NCBI GenBank assembly: GCA_036042925.1
Contig: JAYYAX010000028.1
Coordinates: 1,056-65,055 of the forward strand
Direction: 5' to 3'
DNA length: 64,000 nt
Source of the DNA: Pseudomonadota bacterium
Lineage (GTDB): Bacteria > Pseudomonadota > Alphaproteobacteria > TMED109
In this document: positions 1 through 9,900 of the stretch, one piece after another
Numbering within the stretch: the first letter of the stretch is position 1
Layout of the letters: each line of letters begins with the position of its first letter
Notes under the pieces: model-generated
What the model was told of the DNA's origin: nothing
Seen by the model: only the letters and a program-made list of their open reading frames with translations
Database searches by the model: none
Program-made: the position numbers and the translations under genes

Positions 1-171
1 TTAGAACTTATCACAGGTATTGGAATAGGTGTTCTAATAGGATTAGTAATTGATAATTATTTACAAACTAAGCCAATAATGTTTATAATCTTTTTTATTG
101 TAGGAACCATAGTTGGTTTTTATAATATGTATAAGTGTTTAAAAAAATATGGATATTTTAAAAATAATTAG
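1..171 (+). CDS. atpI: ATP synthase protein I (AtpZ/AtpI family), 5'-truncated by window edge
   Basis: Frame +1 is open from base 1 to TAG at 169-171: LELITGIGIGVLIGLVIDNYLQTKPIMFIIFFIVGTIVGFYNMYK, matching the G-x-x-x-G...D...T-x-P two-TM pattern; lies directly upstream of atpB. Confidence 0.88.
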   Translation, partial: LELITGIGIGVLIGLVIDNYLQTKPIMFIIFFIVGTIVGFYNMYKCLKKYGYFKNN

Positions 172-177
172 GTAAAT

Positions 178-915
178 ATGGCTGCTAATAAAGGACCTCT
201 TCATCAATTTGAGATTTCTAGTATTGTTGACTTAAACTTTAAAGGGATTGATATATCCTTTACCAATTCAGCATTATCCATGGTTATTTCTGTACTACTA
301 TCAACAGTAATCTTTTATTTAGGATCCAGAAAAAATCCAAATATTCCTGGAAAACTTCAAGTATTTGTTGAAATGTCCTACGACTTTATTGCTAATATGG
401 TTAGAGATAACGTTGGAAGTGGTGGTAAGGTATTCTTTCCATTTATTTTTACCCTATTTTTATTTATTTTATTTGGAAATATCTTAGGAATGGTACCTTA
501 TAACTTTACATATACGAGTCATATTATAGTAACTTTTGGTCTTGCAGGATTCATATTCATTGCAGTTACCCTAATAGGAATAATTAAGCATGGCATAAAT
601 TTTATAAAATTTTTTGTTCCTAGTGGTGTTCCCATTGCTCTATTACCTATACTTATTCCAATTGAATTAATATCATACTTTGTTAGGCCTGTTAGTCTTA
701 GCCTAAGACTTTTTGCTAATATGATGGCTGGACATACAATGCTAAAAGTTTTTGCTTCTTTTATCGTACTTCTAGGTTTTTTGGGAGGATGGGCTCCTTT
801 GTTATTAGTAGTAGTATTAACAGGTTTTGAAATTATGATAGCCGTTTTACAAGCTTATGTTTTTACCATATTGTGTTGTTTATATTTAAACGATGCATTA
901 CACTTACATCATTAA
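178..915 (+). CDS. atpB: F0F1 ATP synthase subunit a
   Basis: RPVSLSLRLFANMMAGH and LQAYVF motifs; operon position. Confidence 0.98.
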   Translation: MAANKGPLHQFEISSIVDLNFKGIDISFTNSALSMVISVLLSTVIFYLGSRKNPNIPGKLQVFVEMSYDFIANMVRDNVGSGGKVFFPFIFTLFLFILFGNILGMVPYNFTYTSHIIVTFGLAGFIFIAVTLIGIIKHGINFIKFFVPSGVPIALLPILIPIELISYFVRPVSLSLRLFANMMAGHTMLKVFASFIVLLGFLGGWAPLLLVVVLTGFEIMIAVLQAYVFTILCCLYLNDALHLHH

Positions 916-939
916 ATAATTAAAGAAAGGATAAATAAA

Positions 940-1167
940 ATGGAAGTAGAAGCAGCAAAATTAATAGGGGCAGGATTAGCTACTATAGCGCTTGCTGGAG
1001 CAGGGATCGGTATTGGAAATATATTCGCTAGCTATGTTTCTGCAGCAATAAGAAACCCATCAGCAGCTCCAAAAGTATTTGGAAACGTTTTGTTAGGATT
1101 TGCATTAACAGAAGCAATAGCATTATTTGCTCTATTAATAGCTTTTTTAATACTTTTTGCATTCTAA
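940..1167 (+). CDS. atpE: F0F1 ATP synthase subunit c (H+-type)
   Basis: 75 aa, GAGIGIG, RNP loop, FALTEA with the proton-carrying Glu. Confidence 0.98.
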   Translation: MEVEAAKLIGAGLATIALAGAGIGIGNIFASYVSAAIRNPSAAPKVFGNVLLGFALTEAIALFALLIAFLILFAF

Positions 1168-1170
1168 ATA

Positions 1171-1743
1171 ATGCGTTTTTTAAATTTATTAGTATATATT
1201 TTTGTAACTGTAGCTCTTATAACTAAGAATGCGTTTTCAGCAGAAGGTATGCCTCAATTTAATGCCTACACTTTTCCTACACAGCTTTTTTGGTTAATCA
1301 TTACTTTTTTGTTATTATATTTTTTTATAAGTCTATTAATCCTTCCAAGAATCAGAGATAATCTAAGACTCAGAAAAAATAAAATTTCTAATGATTTAGA
1401 GCGAGCAGAGTTGATAAAACATGAAATAGAAAAAATTAGGCAAGAGTACGATCAGAAAATAGCAAATGCTTCAAATAGAGCTAATGATAATATTAAAAAT
1501 GCTTTAGAAAGGGCAGACCAAGATCTTATAACTCAAATAGATAATGTTAAGCAAAAAATAAATAAAAAAATTAATGAATCAGATCAAGAAACACTAGATT
1601 TAAAAAATAATTTTTCTTTAAAAACCAATGAAATAGCAGAAGAAATTGCTACTTTATTAGTGGAAAAGATTTTAGGGAAAAGTCTAAGTAAAAATGATAT
1701 CGAGTTGCTCAGCAATAAAAACCCTACAGTAAAGGATGCTTAG
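1171..1743 (+). CDS. atpG: F0F1 ATP synthase subunit b'
   Basis: GMPQF...FPTQLFWL, a TM segment, LPRI and a coiled coil, typical of alphaproteobacterial b'. Confidence 0.92.
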   Translation: MRFLNLLVYIFVTVALITKNAFSAEGMPQFNAYTFPTQLFWLIITFLLLYFFISLLILPRIRDNLRLRKNKISNDLERAELIKHEIEKIRQEYDQKIANASNRANDNIKNALERADQDLITQIDNVKQKINKKINESDQETLDLKNNFSLKTNEIAEEIATLLVEKILGKSLSKNDIELLSNKNPTVKDA

Positions 1744-2234
1744 TGAACATTAATTTTTTGGATCCACAAATTTGGGTTGCTATATCCTTCGTCCTTTTTT
1801 TTATATTTTTTGGTAATATGATATGGAGGCAATTTTCAAAATTTCTCGATAGCAAAATCCTAGAAATAAAAAAAGAAATAGATGAAGCTCAACAACTTCA
1901 TAAAGATGCCAAAGATTTATTAGCAGAAGAAACAAAGAAACTTCAGGATTTAGATCTTGTGATAAAAGAAATAATAGATGATAGCAAGAATAAATCGTAT
2001 CAGTTGCTTCTAGAAAATAAAAAGAGAATAGAATTACAAATTGAAGTATTAGAAAAAGAAGCTCTAAAAAAAATAAAAGTTATACAAAATAAAGCTCTTG
2101 AAGATATAAAAATCGATATTATAAATAAAGCATCATCTATTGCTGAGTCTATAATTAAAAATAAGCTTTCTGAAAAGAGTCAACAAAATATTATGCTAGA
2201 CTCAGTAGAGACCACTAAAAACATATTTAACTAA
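1743..2234 (+). CDS. atpF: F0F1 ATP synthase subunit b
   Basis: GTG start; DPQIWVAISF TM then LD..I..EI.EA coiled coil; last gene of the F0 operon. Confidence 0.92.
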   Translation: MNINFLDPQIWVAISFVLFFIFFGNMIWRQFSKFLDSKILEIKKEIDEAQQLHKDAKDLLAEETKKLQDLDLVIKEIIDDSKNKSYQLLLENKKRIELQIEVLEKEALKKIKVIQNKALEDIKIDIINKASSIAESIIKNKLSEKSQQNIMLDSVETTKNIFN

Positions 2235-3393
2235 TTTTCAATATTTGGCTAGCAATCCTGTCTGCAGTATAAGCACTTAAAGTCCAACCCAAATGACCAT
2301 GTCCTGTATTATACCAAACCTTTCTAGCTGAATTACTTTGCTTTACTATAGGGAGCATATCTGGAGTCATAGGCCTCAAGCCTGCCCAAGGCTTAATATC
2401 TTTAGTATTAATTTTTGGAAACATTCTCACGCTCCATTTTATTAAGGGTCTTATTCGTTTTTGTAGTATATCTAAATTATAACCATTAAATTCTGCAAAC
2501 CCAGCTACTCTTAATCTATTTTCACCCAACCTAGACGTAACTATTTTATTATGATCATCTAATAGACTTACAAATGGCGTATTTTTTCCTGGATTGTTTA
2601 TAGTTATAGAGTAACCCTTTACAGGATAAATAGGAAGGCTATCCCCTATAGTTTTAGCTAGAAAAGGTGAATATACTCCAGCACAAACAATTACATAGTC
2701 AAAATCACTGATATAATCATTTAAATTTTCAATGTTACTAATAATGGTTTTAATTTTCTTGGTTTTTAAAAGTCTATTCGTTAATCCATTACAAAACTTA
2801 TGTATATCACCTGTTTTATCAGATGGTGTAAAAAATATACTATCAAGTTTTCTATTTTTTAACGCGGGCTCTATTTTATATAGTTCTTCATGTGTAATTC
2901 TATATCTATTTAAGCCAGCTTTTTTATATATTTTATTTATATTTTCTGCATTTTCTGTATGTTTTTTATCTTCATATAGATGAATTATTCCTTTATCTAA
3001 CTTATCAAAATCTATATTTTCTTTATTCGCAATATTATTATATAGATCAATACTTTTTATAGCCATTTTACAAAGTTCTAAAGTTATCTTCTCATTTTTT
3101 CTGATATTAGTCATAAACTTGAATAACCAAGATAGTTTGCTGACTGTTGGCAGAGGATTTATTATCAATGGTGAGTGTTGTCTATTAACAATTGATTTAA
3201 GACCGGTTTTTACATTGTGCCAGCTGTTCCAGGCCTCAGAATTACTTGCGGATAATTGTCCACCATTCGCATAACTAGTGGCCATTGCTGGATATCTTCT
3301 ACCTTCTATTAAAGTAACTTTAAGATTATGCTTTGATAAAAAGTATGCTGTCGTTACTCCAGAAATACCTGCTCCTATTATTGCTACCTTCAT
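2227..3393 (-). CDS. dadA: D-amino acid dehydrogenase (FAD-dependent)
   Basis: GAGISG Rossmann motif, TSYANGGQLS, IYPVKGYSIT, WAGLRPMTPD, NTGHGHLGWT. Confidence 0.92.
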   Translation of the reverse strand: MKVAIIGAGISGVTTAYFLSKHNLKVTLIEGRRYPAMATSYANGGQLSASNSEAWNSWHNVKTGLKSIVNRQHSPLIINPLPTVSKLSWLFKFMTNIRKNEKITLELCKMAIKSIDLYNNIANKENIDFDKLDKGIIHLYEDKKHTENAENINKIYKKAGLNRYRITHEELYKIEPALKNRKLDSIFFTPSDKTGDIHKFCNGLTNRLLKTKKIKTIISNIENLNDYISDFDYVIVCAGVYSPFLAKTIGDSLPIYPVKGYSITINNPGKNTPFVSLLDDHNKIVTSRLGENRLRVAGFAEFNGYNLDILQKRIRPLIKWSVRMFPKINTKDIKPWAGLRPMTPDMLPIVKQSNSARKVWYNTGHGHLGWTLSAYTADRIASQILKIS

Positions 3394-3399
3394 TTTTAA

Positions 3400-3924
3400 T
3401 TAGCTTTGAAAACCATAGTAAAAGATTAACTTATTATCATCCTCATATGAATTCATCTTAAAAGTATTTGTATTCTTAAAAAAAACCTTATTTTTTGTTT
3501 TAACTGTAGTTGCTGATTTTATTTTAGATAGAATCTTAAACTTAATATCATATTTTTCCTCATCTACGAGGGCTGTATACACTCTAGATCCATAAGAGTT
3601 CTGATATAGATTTTTTAAAAGCACTTGGTAGTAAATAGTTTGCGTAATAATAACTTTTTTAACTAAATTACTATTTTTATTTGCTTCTTTTTTACATTCT
3701 AATTTTACGCTGTATAGCTTTAGTATCTGTTCATTTTTTTTATTTCTCAGGATACTTGTATTTTTAGGTATAAAATAGTCAGGACAGTTCTTGGACTTTT
3801 CGAGTATTTCTAGCGAGGTATTACTTGAAATATTCTCCTCAGAACTATTAGTCTTATCTAAAATAGAACAGGAGCTGGAAAGAAAAAATACCAATAATAA
3901 TACTGGGTAACAATAAAGCCTCAT
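3400..3924 (-). CDS. Hypothetical lipoprotein
   Basis: Hydrophobic N-terminus ending LSSSC (lipobox-like), a CP motif, C-terminal YGFQ; SD-like AAGGA upstream. Confidence 0.7.
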   Translation of the reverse strand: MRLYCYPVLLLVFFLSSSCSILDKTNSSEENISSNTSLEILEKSKNCPDYFIPKNTSILRNKKNEQILKLYSVKLECKKEANKNSNLVKKVIITQTIYYQVLLKNLYQNSYGSRVYTALVDEEKYDIKFKILSKIKSATTVKTKNKVFFKNTNTFKMNSYEDDNKLIFYYGFQS

Positions 3925-3986
3925 CTATTTTTTCCTTTAAATATATTAAATTTTTATTATAAACTACTGTAAATAGATTTAGCAAT

Positions 3987-4430
3987 ATGGAAGCGAAAAA
4001 AAATAATATTATCTATACTGACGGTGCTTGTAAAGGAAATCCTGGTAACGGAGGCTGGGGAGTCTACATAATAACAAAAGATAAAATAGAAAAAGAATTG
4101 TTTGGATATGAAACTTTTACTACAAATAATAAAATGGAATTAACAGCAGCTATAAAAGGTCTAGAATATTTTAAGAATTGTGAAAAAATTATATTATTCA
4201 CTGATAGTATTTACCTAAAGCAGGGTATAACTGTTTGGATAAAAGCCTGGAAAAATAATTATTGGAAAAATAAACAAAATAAGGTGATTAAAAATCTTGA
4301 GTTGTGGAAAAAGTTAGATTTTTTAAATGAATTTCATGATGTGCATTGGAATTGGGTTAAAGCCCATAATGGTGATTACGGTAACGAAAGGGCTGATAAG
4401 TTAGCAAATATAGCTATATCTTTAAAATAA
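3987..4430 (+). CDS. rnhA: Ribonuclease HI
   Basis: YTDGACKGNPG, TTNNKMEL, TDS, WVKAH, NERADKLA. Confidence 0.97.
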   Translation: MEAKKNNIIYTDGACKGNPGNGGWGVYIITKDKIEKELFGYETFTTNNKMELTAAIKGLEYFKNCEKIILFTDSIYLKQGITVWIKAWKNNYWKNKQNKVIKNLELWKKLDFLNEFHDVHWNWVKAHNGDYGNERADKLANIAISLK

Positions 4431-4435
4431 ACACT

Positions 4436-6379
4436 TTATTTTGAGATAATTTTAATTAATTCAGCTTTTTTTAAAATTTCACTAAATAAATAACCCCGAG
4501 GATATTCTTTTGAAAAAAATAAATTGAAAGGAATTCCGTATCTATCATATTTTTTTAAATAATATAAAATTTCTTCATCTGGAAATGTCCAATCCCCTCT
4601 CATTAGAATTATTTTTTTTTCACTAAATATTTTTACAATAAAAGGATCTTCCAATACAAATTTCTTATTAATTTTACAATTTAGACACCATTCAGCAGTA
4701 AAATCTATAAAAACTTTTTCATTGGCATTCAAATAGTATTCTAATTTTTCTTTATTAAAATCCTCCCACGCCAACTTGCTATTTGTCAATTTTTCGTACC
4801 TACTCAAATCTATGTAATGGTTTACAAATAGTTTTCCTATCCATACTAATGATATGACTAACATAATTCCTATAAAAACCTTAATATATTTCATCCATAT
4901 TCCAGGTTTTGGTAAATGTAGTAACAAATCCGGCTTTATAATAAAAATTAAATAAGGAAAGGCTTTGCCAAGACCCATTAATATAAAAATAGGAATAGCT
5001 AAATAATAGCTCTGTGATAAAGCAAATGATATTGCAGTACCTACTAGTGGTGCTGTACAGGGTGTTGCTAATAGTGTGCTTAATACGCCAGTTGAAAAAT
5101 TACTTAAAAATAAGTTATTGGTGTTAGAAAGTTTATTAAGAATATTATTATTAACAACACGTTGTAGAAAGTTAAACTTTACTAAATCAAACGCTATAAT
5201 TGTAAAAATCAACAATAAAAAAAATAAAAAAAGTAAAAAAATTGGGCTTTGAAACTGCATACCCCAGCCTAGGTTTACACCAATTAACCTTAGTAAAATT
5301 GAAATTATTGAAAAACAAATAAACATTGATAAAATTCCTAAACTAACATAGACGGATGACATTTTTACATATAGCCTATTTTTTGTTTCAGCTTGCTTTA
5401 ATAAATTATTTATTTTTATACCAAGTACAGGAAGCACGCACGGCATAAAATTTAATATTAATCCTGCAAAAAAAGCTGTGATAAAAATTATTATAATTTC
5501 TTTTTCTTTAAAGGCTTTGTTTTCTTTACTATCTTTAATTATGGTCTTGTGAAAAAAACTACTTTCATTAGTTTTGAAAAAAATGGTGGACTCATCATCA
5601 TTTAGATTTATTTTTTCAAAGCTTTCTAATGTTAGTTCATAACCAGAATCTATCTTATTAACTTTATTTACGTATAGGCTAGGAAGGTTTCTGTTAACTA
5701 ATATTCCGCTTTTGACAATATTTTCAGGTCTTGAAATTTCCGTATTATTAAATTTTATAATTATTCTATTATCTGATATTTTTTTAGCAAAAACATTGAT
5801 ATTGTTATCTAAGGTTAATCTAGAAGGTACATTTTTTTCAAACTTTTCTATTTTATTTAAATTTTGAAGATTTTCATAATTTTCTCTAGGGATATCTAAT
5901 ACGAATTTAGCTTTTACTGGAATACAAATATCCTTACAGACTTGATAGTCCAACTCAAACTTTATTTCATTAGTCTGTTTATAGTCTTTTGATAAAAGAA
6001 TTTTATAAGGAATTATAACATTGTTCTTATAAATTCTTGATACTAGTTCTGATAACTTATCTACCTCTTCTTCTGGATATGGCCAGCTCGGAGTAATGGA
6101 AGTATATTTTTTTTCTCCTAATATTTTTAATTCAGGGGGTAACCCTGCGTCCCCCGGATATATCCAATATATTTTCCAATCTTTTTTTATGGAAAAATTT
6201 AATCCAATATCCAAAATATTTTCACTTTTTTTACCTAGTAATATATTTACTTTTGTTCCTTCAAAATTTTCAGTATTAGAGTCAATTCCAAACAGCAATG
6301 ACTGTATAATAAAAAAAATAAATATTAAAAAAAGCTTAAAATTCATTACCATATAAATTAATATAGGTTTATGTTTCAT
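4436..6379 (-). CDS. dsbD: Thiol:disulfide interchange protein DsbD (three-domain)
   Basis: N-domain WKIYW...GDAG...CKDIC; TM cysteines in MPCVLP and TPCTAP; thioredoxin WCLNC. True start may be ATG 6352 or 6346. Confidence 0.9.
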   Translation of the reverse strand: MKHKPILIYMVMNFKLFLIFIFFIIQSLLFGIDSNTENFEGTKVNILLGKKSENILDIGLNFSIKKDWKIYWIYPGDAGLPPELKILGEKKYTSITPSWPYPEEEVDKLSELVSRIYKNNVIIPYKILLSKDYKQTNEIKFELDYQVCKDICIPVKAKFVLDIPRENYENLQNLNKIEKFEKNVPSRLTLDNNINVFAKKISDNRIIIKFNNTEISRPENIVKSGILVNRNLPSLYVNKVNKIDSGYELTLESFEKINLNDDESTIFFKTNESSFFHKTIIKDSKENKAFKEKEIIIIFITAFFAGLILNFMPCVLPVLGIKINNLLKQAETKNRLYVKMSSVYVSLGILSMFICFSIISILLRLIGVNLGWGMQFQSPIFLLFLFFLLLIFTIIAFDLVKFNFLQRVVNNNILNKLSNTNNLFLSNFSTGVLSTLLATPCTAPLVGTAISFALSQSYYLAIPIFILMGLGKAFPYLIFIIKPDLLLHLPKPGIWMKYIKVFIGIMLVISLVWIGKLFVNHYIDLSRYEKLTNSKLAWEDFNKEKLEYYLNANEKVFIDFTAEWCLNCKINKKFVLEDPFIVKIFSEKKIILMRGDWTFPDEEILYYLKKYDRYGIPFNLFFSKEYPRGYLFSEILKKAELIKIISK

Positions 6380-6964
6380 AAAAGAAAAAATAATAATTAT
6401 TTTTCTATAGAAGGAAAATTTTTAATAGCCTCACCTAATATGAGCGATCCAAGGTTCTCTGAAACCTTAATTTATATGATATCTGATGATGTTAACGGTT
6501 CAATGGGAATTATAGTAAATAAGCCTGCTCTGAATTTAGATATTAATACAATTTTTAATATTAAAAAAAAAAGTAATACATCAAATATACATACTATACA
6601 TTATGGAGGACCTGTAGACTATGACAGAGGATTTATACTACATACTAATGACTACAAAAAATCTCAGGAATGTAAGTATCTCAAGAATAATCTAGTATTA
6701 TCGAGTAATTCTAAAATTTTAAGTGATTTAACCTTAGGTAGAGGTCCATCGAAGTTTATAGTAGTGATAGGTTATGCGGGATGGCAAAGCAACCAGTTAT
6801 CAGAGGAATTAAGACAAAATGCATGGCTTGTTGCTAAATTAAATAAAAGAATACTTTTCTCTAAAAATTATTCTCTTAAGTGGAAAAAAGCTTTAAAAAG
6901 CATAGGTATAGAGAATGCAAGTTTAAAGAGTTTTAAGTTTTCTAATTACTCGGGTTCTGCTTGA
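6371..6964 (+). CDS. yqgE: YqgE/AlgH family protein
   Basis: FLIASPNMSDPRF, GGPV, GYAGW...QL..E...NAW. Confidence 0.92.
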   Translation: MFHKRKNNNYFSIEGKFLIASPNMSDPRFSETLIYMISDDVNGSMGIIVNKPALNLDINTIFNIKKKSNTSNIHTIHYGGPVDYDRGFILHTNDYKKSQECKYLKNNLVLSSNSKILSDLTLGRGPSKFIVVIGYAGWQSNQLSEELRQNAWLVAKLNKRILFSKNYSLKWKKALKSIGIENASLKSFKFSNYSGSA

Positions 6965-7556
6965 TATAATTATCATAATCCCTTTTTAAAAGGCTATACA
7001 TTATATGGTCTTGCCATTTACCATCTATTTTTAAATAAGATCTACATATTCCTTCTTGTTTAAATCCTATTTTTTCTAATAAATTTCTACTAGGCTTATT
7101 ATGAGTTAAAACAGCAGCCTCTATTCTGTGTAACCTTAAGTCAACAAATAAAGAGGGAAGTAATATGCTCAATGCTTCGAACATGTATCCTTTTCTCGAG
7201 TATCTCTTACCAATCCAATATCCTATAGATGAGCTTTGAGATACACCTCTTCTTACATTAAAAACATTAATTCCACCTACTAAATCCTTGTCTTCCTCTT
7301 TAAATATTAAAAAAGAATAAGATCTGTCTATATTAGCAAGATAACTAGAATTTTTTAAATATCTCATAAAGGCTCTCCTAGAGCAAGAGGAAGCGTCCCA
7401 TTTTGGTTCCCACGGTGAAAGAAAATTTTTTGATGAGAGTCTCAATTTCTGCCACTTTATAGCATCTCTTCTTTTAGGCGGTCTCAGAAAAATATTTTTT
7501 CCTGAAAGTCTCTTTCTAGAAAAAAGTGCTTGAAGAGCTATTACTAATTTTTTCAA
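6942..7556 (-). CDS. rimJ: RimJ/RimL-family GNAT N-acetyltransferase
   Basis: FLSPWEP, IGYWIG, LHRIEA...N..S..LLEKIGF..EG, IDGKWQDH; usual position after thrC. Confidence 0.88.
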   Translation of the reverse strand: MKKLVIALQALFSRKRLSGKNIFLRPPKRRDAIKWQKLRLSSKNFLSPWEPKWDASSCSRRAFMRYLKNSSYLANIDRSYSFLIFKEEDKDLVGGINVFNVRRGVSQSSSIGYWIGKRYSRKGYMFEALSILLPSLFVDLRLHRIEAAVLTHNKPSRNLLEKIGFKQEGICRSYLKIDGKWQDHIMYSLLKRDYDNYIKQNPSN

Positions 7557-7564
7557 TCTAATTC

Positions 7565-8962
7565 CTAAATCACAGAATTGTTAAATATATATTTTTTAAT
7601 TTTTGAATAATCATTATCTATGACTTTGAATTTTTCATTTAACTTATAGATATTTTTGTATCTTAGTGGTAATTTCGGATTTATATTGATTGCATGCGTT
7701 ACGGAGTCAGAAAATTTCGCAGGGTGTGCAGTAGCCAAGGTTACAGAAATATCATTTTTATTTTCTTTTAAATATTCTAATGATGCAAAAAATCCAACCG
7801 CGGTATGAGGATCTAAAATTATTTTATATTTATCATATACGCTTTTTATTGCCTTTATAGTTTGTTTATTACTTACTTTATATGATAGAAATGTATTTAG
7901 TATCTTCTTATCATATTTATCATTTAAATATAATTTATCTTTTGCTTCAAATTCTTTCATTAAGGTTGTAAGTTCAGTGCTATCTTGTTTAAGAATATCA
8001 TATAGAAGTCTTTCAAAGTTACTAGCTACTTGGATATCCATAGAAGGAGAGTATGTTGACCTAACAAAATTTTTTTTGTATTCTCCTTTTCTAAAGAATC
8101 TATTTAGGATGTCATTTTCATTAGTAGCAATTATTAATTTATGTATAGGAATATTAAATTTACTTTTTGCTAAATAACCTGCATAAGCATCTCCGAAATT
8201 TCCGGTTGGAACAGAAAAGGAAATTTTTTTTTTATCATTTATCAGGCTTAGCTTTTCATAGGCATATATGTAATATGAAATTTGTGCCATAATTCTACTC
8301 CAATTTATAGAGTTTATAGAAGCAAACCTTTTTTCCTTACTAGCTTTATCCTTAAATAGCTTTTTTACAATATACTGACAATCATCAAAAGTTCCTTTTA
8401 CAGCAATATTATATACATTTTTTGAATTAACTGTTGTCATCTGTCTTCGTTGAAACTCAGAAACCCTATTATAAGGATGCAAAATAAAAATATTAACATT
8501 TTTATTATTTTTTACTGCTTCAATTGCTGCAGATCCTGTATCACCCGATGTAGCTCCAATAATATTAAGCTTTTTTTCTTTTTTATCCAAAAAATAATTA
8601 AAAAGATTTCCTAAAAACTGAAGTGCTATATCTTTAAAAGCTAAGGTTGGACCGTGAAATAGCTCTAATATCCAGTGATTGTTTTCTACTTTTTTTAATG
8701 GTGTAATCTCTTTATTGGAAAAATTTTTATAACTGTCCGTTATTAAACTTTCTAAGTGAGGAAAATTAATTTCATTTCCTACAAAGTTCTTGATTACTTG
8801 GAATGCTATATTCTGAAAACTAACATTTTTTTTATCATAACTTAAATCTAGCATTTTCCAATTATGTGGTATATAAAGACCTCCATCTTGTGCAAGGCCC
8901 TCTAAAGAAACTTTTTTAAAACTTATACTTTTTTTATTATCTCTAGTACTTACAAATTTCAT
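7565..8962 (-). CDS. thrC: Threonine synthase
   Basis: ELFHGPTLAFKD (PLP Lys), ATSGDTG, NSINWSR, VPTGNFG, TAHPAKF. Confidence 0.97.
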   Translation of the reverse strand: MKFVSTRDNKKSISFKKVSLEGLAQDGGLYIPHNWKMLDLSYDKKNVSFQNIAFQVIKNFVGNEINFPHLESLITDSYKNFSNKEITPLKKVENNHWILELFHGPTLAFKDIALQFLGNLFNYFLDKKEKKLNIIGATSGDTGSAAIEAVKNNKNVNIFILHPYNRVSEFQRRQMTTVNSKNVYNIAVKGTFDDCQYIVKKLFKDKASKEKRFASINSINWSRIMAQISYYIYAYEKLSLINDKKKISFSVPTGNFGDAYAGYLAKSKFNIPIHKLIIATNENDILNRFFRKGEYKKNFVRSTYSPSMDIQVASNFERLLYDILKQDSTELTTLMKEFEAKDKLYLNDKYDKKILNTFLSYKVSNKQTIKAIKSVYDKYKIILDPHTAVGFFASLEYLKENKNDISVTLATAHPAKFSDSVTHAININPKLPLRYKNIYKLNEKFKVIDNDYSKIKKYIFNNSVI

Positions 8963-8963
8963 T

Positions 8964-9899
8964 CTATATATTTTTTGATTTTATGTTAAAAATTAATACT
9001 GAGATACTTGCAAAAAGAAGCAGGCCCATAAATTGATGAAATATTCCCATCCATGTTGGAACCTCAAAAACTATAAGAAAGGCTCCTATTAAAATTTGTA
9101 TAAAAATTATTAATGGTATAAAAAAACTCACAGTCTTAGCACTCAACGATAAATCTTTATAGTAAGTCCTGAGTCTGTATAAAGAGAAAAATAAAAATGA
9201 AACTAGAGATATAGCTAACAATCTATGCAAGAAATGTATTATCTCAAATTGATCATTAAAATTAGGTAATAAAGCTTCATTGCATAAAGGCCATCTGCTG
9301 CAAGATAATGATGCTCCATATTTAGAAGTAAAGGCTCCAGCACAGGCAGTAATAAGAGAAAGGAAAAAGGATATATATATTAATTTTTGCAAGGGTTTAT
9401 CTACTAGCACAATTTTATCTACATTTTTTAAAGTGAGTAATAGAATGTTTAAGACTAAATAGAGTAAGAGGAAAGCGCTAGCGAGATGAATTGCTACCGA
9501 CCAAGGAATATTTGATTTAAACACAGTTAACCCTCCTAATAAACCTTGTATAGACAATAATACAATTAGGTAATAAGAAAATTTTCTCATTTTATCAGAA
9601 TTTTTAGTATTATAGAATATAAATAAAAAAAGTATTACAGTCAAAGGACCAATTAAGAAGGCAGCGTTTGCTCTATGTATCCATTCTAAAAATATTTGAA
9701 AGTAGGAATATTCAGTTATGCCTAGATCATTAATTTTAGAATAGGTAGGAAAGAAAAGTCCATAGCATAAAGGCCAATCTGGACAAGACATGCCTGATCC
9801 GGTTAGTCTAACCCAAGCTCCTAATAGAATTTGTACTACTATAGTTAAAAGCAAGACAATACTGAGATATCTTATTATTTTTTTAAATTTTTTATTCAT
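8964..9899 (-). CDS. ctaA: Heme A synthase, type 1 (two Cys pairs)
   Basis: GSGMSCPDWPLC, EWIHR, AIHL, GASLSCSRWPLC, HFLHR, FHQ; about 8 TM. Confidence 0.93.
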   Translation of the reverse strand: MNKKFKKIIRYLSIVLLLTIVVQILLGAWVRLTGSGMSCPDWPLCYGLFFPTYSKINDLGITEYSYFQIFLEWIHRANAAFLIGPLTVILFLFIFYNTKNSDKMRKFSYYLIVLLSIQGLLGGLTVFKSNIPWSVAIHLASAFLLLYLVLNILLLTLKNVDKIVLVDKPLQKLIYISFFLSLITACAGAFTSKYGASLSCSRWPLCNEALLPNFNDQFEIIHFLHRLLAISLVSFLFFSLYRLRTYYKDLSLSAKTVSFFIPLIIFIQILIGAFLIVFEVPTWMGIFHQFMGLLLFASISVLIFNIKSKNI

Positions 9900-9900
9900 T

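Noticed and set aside
1-2234. F0 operon without F1 genes
   Set aside because: Split F0 and F1 operons are normal in alphaproteobacteria
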